A stretch of 64,000 nucleotides of DNA. Origin: a virus. The position numbers were made by a program, and so were the translations under genes. The stretch is taken from positions 4,421-68,420 of IMG/VR virus record IMGVR_UViG_3300025141_012093; one strand, given 5' to 3'. The notes beneath the pieces were generated by a model. That model made no database searches. It was not told where the DNA came from and saw nothing but the letters and a program-made list of their open reading frames with translations. Positions 40,341 through 50,508 of the stretch are shown here, one piece after another (positions within the stretch are counted from its first letter, which is position 1; every line of letters begins with the position of its first letter).

Positions 40341-41153
40341 TTACGACCTCGCAAAAGACGGAATAAGAGCCTTAGCTGGCTGGCCTTGGAAGTGAATACA
40401 ATTAAATTTAATTTCTCTATCAAGCCAAAGCTTCTTGCAGTAAGGTTTGTTGTCCCTCCAGAAAAACTTTTTTATACCGTTCTCAGTTTCGTATCCGTCG
40501 TCTCCATTGATATTGTGATCAAATGTAGAGTCGTCGATAATTGCTGACGTTTCACCATAGTCGCCTGGATTTCCGATGTTGCGATAGATACTCCAGATTG
40601 TCATATCACATACGCCGCCTTGTCGGCCAGCGTTTTGTAAGTTCCTGTAATGGAGTTTACACTTGTTGAAATTGAACATATCTTCTTTGCTATAGATGCT
40701 ATTGCACAAAGCGTGGAATTCATCTAACACACTTAAATCATTGATGAAAGTGATGCCAGCACTAATGTTGTGAGTCATTGTGCAGCGATAGTTAGCAAAT
40801 TTCTTTTGCTCCTCTGCAATGTCACAATAAAGCATCACATCTGAATCGCAGTAAAAGAACTTATCAATGTTTTTCTTCTTGCAAAATCGATTCATAATGA
40901 ACCAGCGAACGATGCAAATCATTTCATATCCTGCATCATTGGTGCTCAGGTGAGTGTAAATCTTTTTAAAGCCCCAGACATCTTCAAAAAAGTTGTCATA
41001 GGCATAATACTTCACATCCGTTGCATATTTCTCGTTACCTTCGTCACCAAGAAGATATATGTCAGAATCAGGATTTGAGTTAACTGCCTGTTTAAGAGTA
41101 TGCTCTAGATATGACGAGTCTCCTGCGTGGAAAAATATAATTGGAATGCTCAT
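40341..41153 (-). CDS. Putative GT-A glycosyltransferase
   Basis: CIVRWF, FYCDSDVML (DxD), CDMT, IHFQG. Confidence 0.65.
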   Translation of the reverse strand: MSIPIIFFHAGDSSYLEHTLKQAVNSNPDSDIYLLGDEGNEKYATDVKYYAYDNFFEDVWGFKKIYTHLSTNDAGYEMICIVRWFIMNRFCKKKNIDKFFYCDSDVMLYCDIAEEQKKFANYRCTMTHNISAGITFINDLSVLDEFHALCNSIYSKEDMFNFNKCKLHYRNLQNAGRQGGVCDMTIWSIYRNIGNPGDYGETSAIIDDSTFDHNINGDDGYETENGIKKFFWRDNKPYCKKLWLDREIKFNCIHFQGQPAKALIPSFARS

Positions 41154-41815
41154 TTGTGCCTCATTAATATACTGCGTGTGTAATTTTCTTTTGTAAAAGC
41201 GCTTGTTTCATATCCAGGCGGCGGGCCATAATGTAATGGCAATTCTTTCACTATTTCAAATTCTTTTTCTTCCAAAAGTTTTGAGAATTCATCTCGATTG
41301 ATGACAGATTGATAACTGTCCACGCCGCCATAAGAGGGATACCTATACAAGTGTGTCTCTCTTTTGTCGCTAAAAGCTTGTCTATGCAATATAACATATT
41401 TAGGAGAGAATGTTAAGATCTTAGACAGACATAAAACGGGCTTTTGTAGAACATCTATAAAGGCGTTCATTACAATCACATCATAATCTTTGATAAACTC
41501 GGGTGAATCCTCATAAATATCAAACGGAATGTAAGAATTTTGAGGATGCATCTTCATAGATACTTCTTTGATTATATTAGGTAAATCGGCCCCAGTGTAA
41601 TAAAAGTTAGGATACAATCTCGATAGTTCGGCGGCACCACAACCTATGTCCAGCAAGGTGAAAGCATCATCTTTTGTCTCCACGATCAAAGAATTAAGAA
41701 CAGGAAAGTGGTCACTCTCCTCAAGCACTGGCCATAGAATTCCTTTTGCTCCCAAGAGCATTTGTTCAGGAACTTTAGATGAATCATACCAACATGTATC
41801 TTTCTTAACATTCAT
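41150..41815 (-). CDS. Class I SAM-dependent methyltransferase
   Basis: LLDIGCG, YTGAD. Confidence 0.8.
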   Translation of the reverse strand: MNVKKDTCWYDSSKVPEQMLLGAKGILWPVLEESDHFPVLNSLIVETKDDAFTLLDIGCGAAELSRLYPNFYYTGADLPNIIKEVSMKMHPQNSYIPFDIYEDSPEFIKDYDVIVMNAFIDVLQKPVLCLSKILTFSPKYVILHRQAFSDKRETHLYRYPSYGGVDSYQSVINRDEFSKLLEEKEFEIVKELPLHYGPPPGYETSAFTKENYTRSILMRHK

Positions 41816-42695
41816 ATTGAGTTAATTCCTTGTCGAAGCGTGCTTTAAGTTCTTCGAAATTGTCTTGAATTGATTTAGGGTGAGTTCCTGTAAACGGTTC
41901 TGTCTTGGCAGGTGGACGATATTCTGGCTTGAATTCGTGTACGCCGTTCCAGAAAGATTCTACAAATATCCTATTTTGTTCATCGCCTTGCACCCAGTTA
42001 AGATACACCAAATCAAAATAATTGTCAATACATTTTGACATACTTACCTTAGCACGATAATAAAAAATTTTATTACGCACTTGTTCAGGAAAAACATATG
42101 AATAATGGTACATTTGAACGCCGTGTTTATCGTACAAAGTGTCTCCATCGAGATGTTTAAGCGGGAGCGTCTTAGTTCCTCGACGATGAGCCATCGTGGG
42201 GGGCCTGTGTGTCTGCCAATAAGAGCCAGGATAGACCTTAAAAATGCGATGAAAATTGCCCTTTTGGCGCTCAAAACCTCCAATATATCGGTCAAATCCG
42301 CCATAAAACGAGCAACTCTTCACATCCACCGAGGTATACCTTTCTTTCTCCAAAACCTTAATTATTTTTTTTATGTCTTCAGCTTTCCATAATTCATCTG
42401 AATCAATTTGCCAGAAATAATCCACATCATCGTTTAAGAACTGCATATATGCGTTGCATTGTTCGTCCTTCTCAGAAAATTGACCGTGGACAATTTTAAT
42501 TTTATTGTCAGGGTCTGGGAAGTTGTGCAGTATATCATTGGTGTTATCTTCAGATGTTGTCTTTCCTTGTTCTTGCCAGAACCTAACAGGCCCTTCAGCA
42601 ATCAAAATTTGATCAGCAAAAGGATAAACACACTCAAGGCACTCCTTAAGAACATAATCTCCTTCAAACACAATCATTCCAAACGCAATTTTCAT
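41805..42695 (-). CDS. GT2-like glycosyltransferase
   Basis: GMIVFEG, IAEG, QIDSDE, HYSYV. Confidence 0.78.
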   Translation of the reverse strand: MKIAFGMIVFEGDYVLKECLECVYPFADQILIAEGPVRFWQEQGKTTSEDNTNDILHNFPDPDNKIKIVHGQFSEKDEQCNAYMQFLNDDVDYFWQIDSDELWKAEDIKKIIKVLEKERYTSVDVKSCSFYGGFDRYIGGFERQKGNFHRIFKVYPGSYWQTHRPPTMAHRRGTKTLPLKHLDGDTLYDKHGVQMYHYSYVFPEQVRNKIFYYRAKVSMSKCIDNYFDLVYLNWVQGDEQNRIFVESFWNGVHEFKPEYRPPAKTEPFTGTHPKSIQDNFEELKARFDKELTQYEC

Positions 42696-43606
42696 TTTAT
42701 CATTTCCTTAGTTTTTTTGAGAGACTCAAAATACTCGTTACAAACTCTTTGAATCAGAGGAGGCATCTGAGGAGTAGTGTCTCTTGTAAATCCGTGACGG
42801 GGGCCAATCTCATAATAATTCTTCTCGTAATTGACCTTGAAGTCAGAATAGTGGTAGTAGACAAGCGGTTGGACGTTTTGTTCCCAAACAACACTATTGT
42901 CTGTGTACCTATGATAAGCCAGATTCCAAGGAGCTAAGTGCCCTACCTTCTTATCGATAACGCGAACATTATCCTCTCCAGATAATGGAGAGAAAAGTTC
43001 TAAGTATTTTTGGTCGCCACACATACCGTGGGTGTCGTAATATTTGTTTTCAATGTCGAGAAGACAGTCTTTCCAAAAAGTTGAACAGGAGTAACCAGAC
43101 AAGTCTTTTTTAAAATAAACGATTCCCACGTTGAATTCTCCCACCGCAGCAGAATAAGGGATTCGATGGCGGACAATTCCAATGCTTTTAGAATCGATCT
43201 CCTCAAAGATCACGTTCCAATCGTGATAAAAATAAATATCAGGATCGATGTATAACACATCATCTGTGTCATCAAGATCAAGAACATACCACGTAAAGTA
43301 TGAGCTAAGGCACCAGAAAAATTGAACTTTCTTGGGATCACAGTTGGTCTTGTTCCCTACATTAACGGCCTCGTAAGAAGGTTCATTATTCTGCGCTTCT
43401 TTAAGATCTGGATCTGTTTTAAAAAGGTCCTCTAAAGAAACAGGGACAACACGGTCCAAATCTAACTCTTTTAATTTCTGATATGATTCTTCATCAGAAC
43501 ACAAATAAAAAAGTTCAAAATTATCATTGTGTTTGTTTAATGATTCATAAAGAGACAGTCCGCGATGAAGAAAGTTTATATCAGAGGTTGTGCAAAACCT
43601 CTTCAC
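42692..43606 (-). CDS. GT-A glycosyltransferase (GT8-like)
   Basis: FCTT.D.NFL.RG, YIDPDIYF, FNVG, DQKYL, APWN, YHYS. Confidence 0.82.
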   Translation of the reverse strand: MKRFCTTSDINFLHRGLSLYESLNKHNDNFELFYLCSDEESYQKLKELDLDRVVPVSLEDLFKTDPDLKEAQNNEPSYEAVNVGNKTNCDPKKVQFFWCLSSYFTWYVLDLDDTDDVLYIDPDIYFYHDWNVIFEEIDSKSIGIVRHRIPYSAAVGEFNVGIVYFKKDLSGYSCSTFWKDCLLDIENKYYDTHGMCGDQKYLELFSPLSGEDNVRVIDKKVGHLAPWNLAYHRYTDNSVVWEQNVQPLVYYHYSDFKVNYEKNYYEIGPRHGFTRDTTPQMPPLIQRVCNEYFESLKKTKEMIK

Positions 43607-45588
43607 TTTTTTAAACTCATCATTAATTTTTGATATTTTTTGAAGATCTCAATCTCTTCTTTTCGTTTCCAACCATCGTGCTCGGGGTTGGTAGACATCC
43701 CAGTGGGGTTAAAATAGTATAACCCTACGACATCATTAAACTTTTTGAATACACTGCCTTGTGAAGCGGCGCGTAACCACATTTCCCAATCAGCAGCAGA
43801 TCGATACTTTTCTTCAAAATATCCATACTCATCGTGAACAGTCTTGCGCCACATCGGAGAAGCGTGAGGCATATTTCCTCTCAAGAGATTTTCAAAAGAG
43901 AAATCAGGGAAATTATATTTTTCACCATTCGATGAGTTATTTTCAAATGTCTCATTAGGCTTGTGTGTAATAAGCATATTAGAATAGACTAAATCAACTT
44001 CTGGATTGGCGTAAAGTTCAATAGCGTGGCGTTCTAAAGCGTTTGCGGCCTTGCGATCGTCTAAATTAGCATTCGTTAGAAACTGACCTGTAGCCATTTT
44101 AGCAGCCATATTCCACACAGCGTAGATACCTGGATCTTCTTCCAATCTTTTGTAGACAATGTTGTTGGGATATTTTTCCAAATATTCGTTGATAACTTCT
44201 TCTTCATTGCCTGGTGAGTTAGCGTTGATAAGAATAAGCTCGCATTTTTCTTCAAAGATGGATTGTCGAGTAATATCTTCCAAGAATGAGCGAATATATT
44301 CATCACCATTATAAACAGATGTAAGAATTGAAATTTTAGGTATTTCTTCAATCATTCCATTAAGTTGAGCAAATTCTGCTTCGCCAACAATAGACCTAAC
44401 GAATACGTCATATTGTTTTTGTTCTTCAAAGTTCTTAAGAACGTGTTTTTTAAGCTTTTTGGCCATCCCTGTAAATCGAGAGTAGTCACTATACACCTCA
44501 TACAATCGCCTCTTATAGGAATTCTTGTCAGAGTACGCCCATTGAGATCCGCGTTGCAACACACCGTCCCAAACAACGGGTTCGGGAATAGGTGCAAGGT
44601 TGTAATCAACTGTTGCAAACATAGGCTTATTCCTTGTTTTGCCTTTTTTATCTTTCACGGGCATACAAAGAAAATCCAAATGGCCACTCCATTCAGGAGC
44701 AACCACAGGCAGACCAGAGTAAGCAGCTTCAAAAAGGGGCAGCCCGAAGCCTTCGCCGTGAGTCAACGATACAATTGCTTTAATCTGTGGATGCACATAG
44801 AGAGCGTGAATTTCTTCTTCTTTCATATTGCCATGAACAAGATGGATCTTGCACTGACAGTCTGGTACACTAGCGTGCAGGTTTTTAAGGTGCTCTTTGA
44901 CTCCCTGTCTATCCTGATAGCTATTATTAATTTTAAAAGCTTTCAGAACAAGACCAACATCAGGGTTGTCTTTAAATTCTTCCAAGAACCACATAACAGT
45001 CTCATCTAGAGCTTTTCTAGGTCCCCATTGAGCTACTGCCAAGAAATTAAACTTTGTTGAGAACTCAATATTTAGGTCTTCTGTTTTTTTATTCCTCACA
45101 GGATAATGGACAATATCGATAGGAGTTGTACAGCGAGCAACGAACTGCTCATTAGTGTCGTTGTTAGTGGCCTCATAAGTAGTGTTTTCATAAACGGTCT
45201 TGGAGTGCTGGGATATGGTAATGATCTTATCCATATTCCAAGCCTTTTCTAACCACTGAGGGGCTACCATTGTAGTTTCAATCCCAGCAGTAACACCTAT
45301 ATTTATATCAGCATACTTTTCCCATTCGTTAGGTATGGTCACCTGCAAAGACATATCAAATGTACCTTTTTCAGCTTTATATCTTTGGGTTTTGTCAACG
45401 ATACTATCGATCCATTTTCGCTCTTCATTGTCTTCGACTTCCCAGCCAGTATTTCCCCAACCAGTTGGATCGGCGTAGATATCGAACAATCTTCCTTCAT
45501 ATTTTCTCAATGCACGCAGCAAAAATCGTGCGTGTTCACCATAACCCGAGCGGGTCAAAAATGGACCTTTTACAAATACTTTTTTCAT
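43603..45588 (-). CDS. Bifunctional glycosyltransferase: N-terminal GT4 plus C-terminal GT2
   Basis: SGYGEHAR...HGEGFGLPLFEAA (GT-B); KISILTSVYN...NLDD...DWEMWLR (GT-A). Confidence 0.9.
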   Translation of the reverse strand: MKKVFVKGPFLTRSGYGEHARFLLRALRKYEGRLFDIYADPTGWGNTGWEVEDNEERKWIDSIVDKTQRYKAEKGTFDMSLQVTIPNEWEKYADINIGVTAGIETTMVAPQWLEKAWNMDKIITISQHSKTVYENTTYEATNNDTNEQFVARCTTPIDIVHYPVRNKKTEDLNIEFSTKFNFLAVAQWGPRKALDETVMWFLEEFKDNPDVGLVLKAFKINNSYQDRQGVKEHLKNLHASVPDCQCKIHLVHGNMKEEEIHALYVHPQIKAIVSLTHGEGFGLPLFEAAYSGLPVVAPEWSGHLDFLCMPVKDKKGKTRNKPMFATVDYNLAPIPEPVVWDGVLQRGSQWAYSDKNSYKRRLYEVYSDYSRFTGMAKKLKKHVLKNFEEQKQYDVFVRSIVGEAEFAQLNGMIEEIPKISILTSVYNGDEYIRSFLEDITRQSIFEEKCELILINANSPGNEEEVINEYLEKYPNNIVYKRLEEDPGIYAVWNMAAKMATGQFLTNANLDDRKAANALERHAIELYANPEVDLVYSNMLITHKPNETFENNSSNGEKYNFPDFSFENLLRGNMPHASPMWRKTVHDEYGYFEEKYRSAADWEMWLRAASQGSVFKKFNDVVGLYYFNPTGMSTNPEHDGWKRKEEIEIFKKYQKLMMSLKK

Positions 45589-46853
45589 CCTATTTCACTT
45601 AACTCCCATCGTTTATAACCTTTTCGATTAGACCAGGACCCGTATTTTTCGTGGACCCCTAACAGTAGATCAACCCATTTTTTATGAAAATCTTCAAAGT
45701 TATAATTCTTTTCAATATGTTGACGACCTTTCTTGCCCAATTCTTTAAGTTCTTCGGGTGTCTTGTTATACATATCTAAAAACGCTTGGACGACTACCTC
45801 TTTTGAAAGCCTATCTTCATAGATATAAGGTACGTCTTGAGAGCCAATGATGGCTTTTGATACTGGATCTAGGCCAATGCCGAACCAATCTTCCCCATCA
45901 GTTACCTGTTCTTGGAGGCCACCTGTCATATTAACAATAATAGGAGTTTCGCAAGATAAAGATTCTAAAGTGGCGAGGCCGAAGCCTTCAGCATCAGATA
46001 TGTTGACAGTGCAATCTGCCATATTGTAAAGCATAGCAAGCTGGTCTGGTGGGAGCTTCTCTTTTGAGATAAATACCTGACCGTTGTCTAATCCAAGCTC
46101 TTTAACAATCAATTCTAGATCTTGGCCGTGTACATCTTTAGGATCTGTGTGGAGTAAAAGTGTAGCGTTATCGTGGCCCACTTTATCCAAGAACTCTTTA
46201 AACCAAAAGATCAAACTTCCACTTTGTTTGCGGCGGGCATTTCGATTATTCCAGAAAAACACAAATCTATCGCTTTTTTCTCCCACCTTTGACAAATGAG
46301 CTTCTTTAAAATTCTTTACAGCTTTATCATCTAGTTTCTTAAAAATCTCAGAATCAACTGCGTGGGGCAAATAATGAGATTCTATATCTGGAGCTACTTT
46401 TTGAACGATATCGTAAGTAAGCCTAGAAATACAAGCGATAACATCAGTCGAATTATAATATTTTGCATTAAATTTGGGGGCCGGATAATTGTCCCATACG
46501 TGATAATATATCATCGGGCACAAAGTTCGGACCTCATCTTCGATATCCCAAAGCCACGTAAAGAATCTGGGATCGGTCATAAACCACAACATATCAGGTC
46601 GCTGTTGTCTCATAAAAGAGCGGATCATATCGGAATTACCATATCCGTCTACTGGGAAGATTACAAAATCATCGCCCCATTCTTGAGTTTTTTGCGGTTT
46701 GTAATCTTGATGTTTGATTGCGCCGCCGAAACACGTAAACCTAAATTTACCTGTTTTTAACAATCCCTCAATAACATAGCGTGTCTGTGTTCCGACGCCC
46801 GATGGGCTCATAGGATGGTCAGACAAGACCAACACATTAATTTTTTTATCCAA
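45585..46853 (-). CDS. GT4 glycosyltransferase
   Basis: SGVGTQ, NRNARRK, AEGFGLATLES, TGGLQEQ. Confidence 0.9.
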   Translation of the reverse strand: MDKKINVLVLSDHPMSPSGVGTQTRYVIEGLLKTGKFRFTCFGGAIKHQDYKPQKTQEWGDDFVIFPVDGYGNSDMIRSFMRQQRPDMLWFMTDPRFFTWLWDIEDEVRTLCPMIYYHVWDNYPAPKFNAKYYNSTDVIACISRLTYDIVQKVAPDIESHYLPHAVDSEIFKKLDDKAVKNFKEAHLSKVGEKSDRFVFFWNNRNARRKQSGSLIFWFKEFLDKVGHDNATLLLHTDPKDVHGQDLELIVKELGLDNGQVFISKEKLPPDQLAMLYNMADCTVNISDAEGFGLATLESLSCETPIIVNMTGGLQEQVTDGEDWFGIGLDPVSKAIIGSQDVPYIYEDRLSKEVVVQAFLDMYNKTPEELKELGKKGRQHIEKNYNFEDFHKKWVDLLLGVHEKYGSWSNRKGYKRWELSEIG

Positions 46854-46862
46854 AATTGTTCC

Positions 46863-47651
46863 TCACTTACAATGCTTAGTATTAAAAAACTCGCATCGAG
46901 AACAGGATAACCTGTTCTTAACAAAAAGCTTTGAATCAATATTATAAAGCGCTTTTTGCAATAAGTTAAGGGCATTTTTGGTTTTTTTAGGGCCGCTGGT
47001 TACGCGGAACAACTCTATGAAGTCTTTTTTGGCCGTTCTCTTGACCAAAGCAAAGTGAGTTTCTATGTTCTTTGGCTCAATATTGTACTTCTGTGCATAG
47101 TACTTCTTATAATATGTTAATTGGTACGTAATCATCGGATCGGAACGTTTCCTTGCGTCCCAGCCCCAACTACAAGTTTTCCAATCAATAATATGAATTT
47201 TACCATCAGGCGTCTTTACGACGAGATCGATGAAGCCTTTGAACTGATATGGGTTATCTTCATACTCCACAATATCTTCAAAGATATCTTCTTCAGCTTT
47301 TACAATTTCAAACTCTCCAAAGTATTCTTTCAAGGCGTCTGAAGAGAGACTTGCGAGGACTTCTCCTTGTACTTTTAAATCGGTGACAAGCTCTTTTTTT
47401 AACTCTGTCCCTTTCTCTTTAAGTTGTAAAAGCTCTTCAAGGAAATTCTCTTTAAAGCGTATGTGGAGATCTTTTGTCTCTTCATTGTTTTTAAGACAAT
47501 TGGCAGTATGCTCATATACTTCGTGTATGGCCTTTCCAAAGGCTGTGTATTCATTACCATTAAACAACCTAAGTCTGTCCAAATAGGTTAGTTTATGGTA
47601 GTAAGCGCACTGATCCCACGCTTTTAATTCTGAGAATGAAATATGAGGCAT
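46863..47651 (-). CDS. PD-(D/E)XK Cas4/RecB-like exonuclease
   Basis: ISFS...C; G.AIH; GFIDLV, IIDWKT, QLTYY; terminal CSRCEF...C Fe-S ligands. Confidence 0.88.
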   Translation of the reverse strand: MPHISFSELKAWDQCAYYHKLTYLDRLRLFNGNEYTAFGKAIHEVYEHTANCLKNNEETKDLHIRFKENFLEELLQLKEKGTELKKELVTDLKVQGEVLASLSSDALKEYFGEFEIVKAEEDIFEDIVEYEDNPYQFKGFIDLVVKTPDGKIHIIDWKTCSWGWDARKRSDPMITYQLTYYKKYYAQKYNIEPKNIETHFALVKRTAKKDFIELFRVTSGPKKTKNALNLLQKALYNIDSKLFVKNRLSCSRCEFFNTKHCK

Positions 47652-47652
47652 A

Positions 47653-48105
47653 TTATCTATCTGATCGACGTTTCATCGTTTTAGTAGTTTTTTGTGTAGG
47701 AAGCGGCGTAGGTTCTTTTTTATTGTCTTTAACCTTCGGGCTTGCTTTCTCTTTAGAAACGACAGGTGTGTCTTCTTTTTTGGCTTCAACCTTTGGTGGC
47801 TCGGGTTTCTTCTCAGAAGCTTTTTTAGCGGGTGGTGGAGTTTTTTTCTCAACACGAGGAGCGGCTTTGGGAGACGCCTTTTTATAAAAAGTATAAGTTC
47901 CACTTGTTTCTCCTCTCATATTTCTTAAATTTGGGCCGGAACCTTCGCCCAATTCGTAACCTAATGATTCTAAACGCATTCTTACATATTCAGTATTGAC
48001 GCGAATATCCAGGGCCGTTTGACCTCCAGAACCTCCGTGCTTAGGTAATGTCACATCAGCAATTATTTGTTCTTTCTCTTCTCTTAATCGTATTTCAACA
48101 CTCAT
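47653..48105 (-). CDS. Hypothetical protein with Lys/Pro/Ala-rich tail
   Basis: KKASPKAAP...PAKKASEKK low-complexity C-terminus. Confidence 0.65.
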   Translation of the reverse strand: MSVEIRLREEKEQIIADVTLPKHGGSGGQTALDIRVNTEYVRMRLESLGYELGEGSGPNLRNMRGETSGTYTFYKKASPKAAPRVEKKTPPPAKKASEKKPEPPKVEAKKEDTPVVSKEKASPKVKDNKKEPTPLPTQKTTKTMKRRSDR

Positions 48106-48109
48106 TTTG

Positions 48110-48793
48110 CTACTCCATATTGTTAAGTTCTTCTAGTACCTTATAAAGTTGAGGACTTGCCTCTCTAATATAATCACCATTGTTTAAATAGTAATCTTCA
48201 AAACCAGTTGCAAAATACTCTCTTAAGGAAGTGACAGCATAAGGATTAATAAAAAGACCTATTGTTAATGATTCTATTATATCGTAGCCGACATCTTTAA
48301 GCAAGAAAAAATCAAACTTTTTTCGATATTGCGGGTTCTCAAAATCATAAAGGTGAGTGTCGTAGTTCATATAGCGCAATAATCTTTCTAATTTTTTGCG
48401 CTTGCCGAGGAATTCTTGTTCAATCTGCCCATTTAAATAAAGCTCGCTGCCATAATGTTCTTCTACTGCGTGGGCCAGTTCGTGAATTATATCGTCAATG
48501 ATATCGTCATCGTTTGTTTGATCATTAGTTAGATATATGGTTCCATCCGAATACATAGCATTTATATGTCGGTCTTCTAACTTTTGATATTTACCAATAC
48601 GTACCGATTCTACTAGTTCTAAAATGTAGGGAGGGACGCGCTCATTGATAAACAAAAAGACGTTATTAAGATCAATAGTGTCAGGCAGCGGGGCATCTAT
48701 AAAAACTTCAATACTAGAAAAATTATGATATTTAGCCTGCTGCTGCCTTTCTCTATGAGCTTCTTTAATCAGTTTTTGTATCGGATTGTTCAT
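48110..48793 (-). CDS. Putative zinc metallopeptidase-like protein (HExxH)
   Basis: IHELAHAVE plus downstream REYFA..FE; start at MNNPIQ. Confidence 0.6.
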   Translation of the reverse strand: MNNPIQKLIKEAHRERQQQAKYHNFSSIEVFIDAPLPDTIDLNNVFLFINERVPPYILELVESVRIGKYQKLEDRHINAMYSDGTIYLTNDQTNDDDIIDDIIHELAHAVEEHYGSELYLNGQIEQEFLGKRKKLERLLRYMNYDTHLYDFENPQYRKKFDFFLLKDVGYDIIESLTIGLFINPYAVTSLREYFATGFEDYYLNNGDYIREASPQLYKVLEELNNME

Positions 48794-49076
48794 CAGTGTC
48801 TTGGGGCTCCTGTTCAGATAAATACTCTTCATAGGCTTTTTGTCCAGTTTCTACGTCAGTTAAAGCTTGTCGATAGCCTCTAATCCAATTCTCTTCAGCA
48901 ACAACTGCTAAAAATTCTGGAAATTCTTCAGCCACTGTATTAACAATCATTTGTACTGTTACTTCATCTTCATCGGGTTCTGTCTTATCTCCCACATAGG
49001 TAACAAGCATCTCTTTAAGAGGTGTTTCGCCGTCAACGGTTTCCTCTAATTGTGGGTTTTGATCTTCTAGTAACAT
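48765..49076 (-). CDS. Hypothetical acidic phage protein
   Basis: 103 aa; SD AGGAG. Confidence 0.7.
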   Translation of the reverse strand: MLLEDQNPQLEETVDGETPLKEMLVTYVGDKTEPDEDEVTVQMIVNTVAEEFPEFLAVVAEENWIRGYRQALTDVETGQKAYEEYLSEQEPQDTDEQSDTKTD

Positions 49077-49102
49077 TTTAATAATCTCCTGTTATGCCCC
49101 TT

Positions 49103-49131
49103 ATCGTAACATTTTTTGGGCATTTTGTTAA
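49103..49131 (-). promoter_or_regulatory. Sigma70-like promoter TTAACA-N17-TACGAT with extended -10 TG
   Basis: Read directly in the 49077-49132 spacer. Confidence 0.5.
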
Positions 49132-49132
49132 A

Positions 49133-50446
49133 TTATAAAACTTTGGCCGCTAATGTGGCAACTTTAGATCGTTCTCCCTTTGTCAGAGAAATATGACCGG
49201 CAAGATCAAAATCCTTAAATTTTTCAATTGCATAAGTCAATCCATTTGAAGTTGAATCTAAAAATGCATTATCAATTTGTTCAACATCTCCAGTTAAAAT
49301 AATTTTAGTATTTTCCCCAACTCGGGTCACAATGGTTTTTAATTCGTGAGGACTTAAATTTTGTACCTCGTCGATAATAACATATGCGTTAGAAATGGAA
49401 CGGCCTCGAATATAACTCAATGCTTCGATTTCAATTGTGCCGTCATCGTATAAGTGTTCAATATTTTTAGTGTTTCCGCTCATTAGGAAGTCCAAGTTAT
49501 CTTGAATTGGCATTAACCAAGGGCGCATTTTTTCTTCCAAAGTGCCGGGTAAAAATCCAATATCTTGGGAGCCCATAGCTTGTACTGGCTTTGATACTAT
49601 TAATTTTTTATATATGTTCTTTTCTAAAACTTGTTCCAATCCAGCGGCCAAAGCAAGGAGAGTCTTCCCTGTGCCAGCTTTGCCTGTTATTGTTACAATA
49701 GGAATATTTGGATCGCTTAATAAATCTAAAGCAAATTTTTGTTCCTTGTTGCGAGGATGGACGCCCCAAGCTTCATTTTTATAATCGTTAATATTAACAA
49801 TTGGTGATTGATAATTTGTAAACTTTGCAAGAGCAGTCTTCTTTTCATTCTCGTTCGAAACTAACATAATATATTGATTGGGGTAAAAGCTTCCCTCATC
49901 AGGCTCAAGGGATAATTTTTCTTTTCCAATATAAAACTGGTCAATAAATTGGTCATCTACCAAGTGAGTAGCAATACCTGAGAATAGTTCATCGTGTGTG
50001 TCAATAAGTTTATTAGTCTTGTATTCTTCGCTCGGGAAACCCAGCGAATCACATTTAACGCGCATATTGATATCTTGAGTAACAAGAATCACTTTTTTTC
50101 TTTTGTATTTTGCTTTTTCTTTTAAAGCTGTGGAGATGATTTGATTATCTGCATCCTCTTTTTCGAGGCCATCTGGCATATAGATAGGGTCAAAGGCCCT
50201 AACAGATAATTTGCCGTGGCCATCAGGGATTTTTACTCCTGTGTGTAAATCGCCGTGGGCTCTCAAATCATCCAAAATGCGGATAAAGTGTCGAGCGTTT
50301 GCGCCGACGCCATCTTGACGTTTTTTATGCTTGTCGATCTCTTCTAACACCTTCAATGGAATGATGATATCGTGATCTTTAAAAGTGAATAAAGCCGTTG
50401 AATCAGCCAAATGAACATTGGTATCCAACACATATGTTTTTTTCAT
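49133..50446 (-). CDS. phoH: PIN-domain PhoH family ATPase (PhoH2/YlaK-like)
   Basis: YVLDTNV PIN domain; GKAGTGKT, GFLPG, RGRS, DEVQN, GDVEQID. Confidence 0.93.
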   Translation of the reverse strand: MKKTYVLDTNVHLADSTALFTFKDHDIIIPLKVLEEIDKHKKRQDGVGANARHFIRILDDLRAHGDLHTGVKIPDGHGKLSVRAFDPIYMPDGLEKEDADNQIISTALKEKAKYKRKKVILVTQDINMRVKCDSLGFPSEEYKTNKLIDTHDELFSGIATHLVDDQFIDQFYIGKEKLSLEPDEGSFYPNQYIMLVSNENEKKTALAKFTNYQSPIVNINDYKNEAWGVHPRNKEQKFALDLLSDPNIPIVTITGKAGTGKTLLALAAGLEQVLEKNIYKKLIVSKPVQAMGSQDIGFLPGTLEEKMRPWLMPIQDNLDFLMSGNTKNIEHLYDDGTIEIEALSYIRGRSISNAYVIIDEVQNLSPHELKTIVTRVGENTKIILTGDVEQIDNAFLDSTSNGLTYAIEKFKDFDLAGHISLTKGERSKVATLAAKVL

Positions 50447-50508
50447 TAATCATCCTTGCTTAAATTAAATGAACCAAAAAGTTACACCTTATATATATTT
50501 ACTTTAAG

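Noticed and set aside
20986-46853. Bacterial O-antigen/capsule locus or host contamination
   Set aside because: No flippase, polymerase or initiating transferase; genes overlap seamlessly with phage-type genes on both sides, in similar composition. Read-level confirmation is still advisable.
46863-47651. CRISPR-Cas system suggested by the Cas4-like nuclease
   Set aside because: No repeat-spacer array or other cas genes seen; solo Cas4-like nucleases are common in phages.
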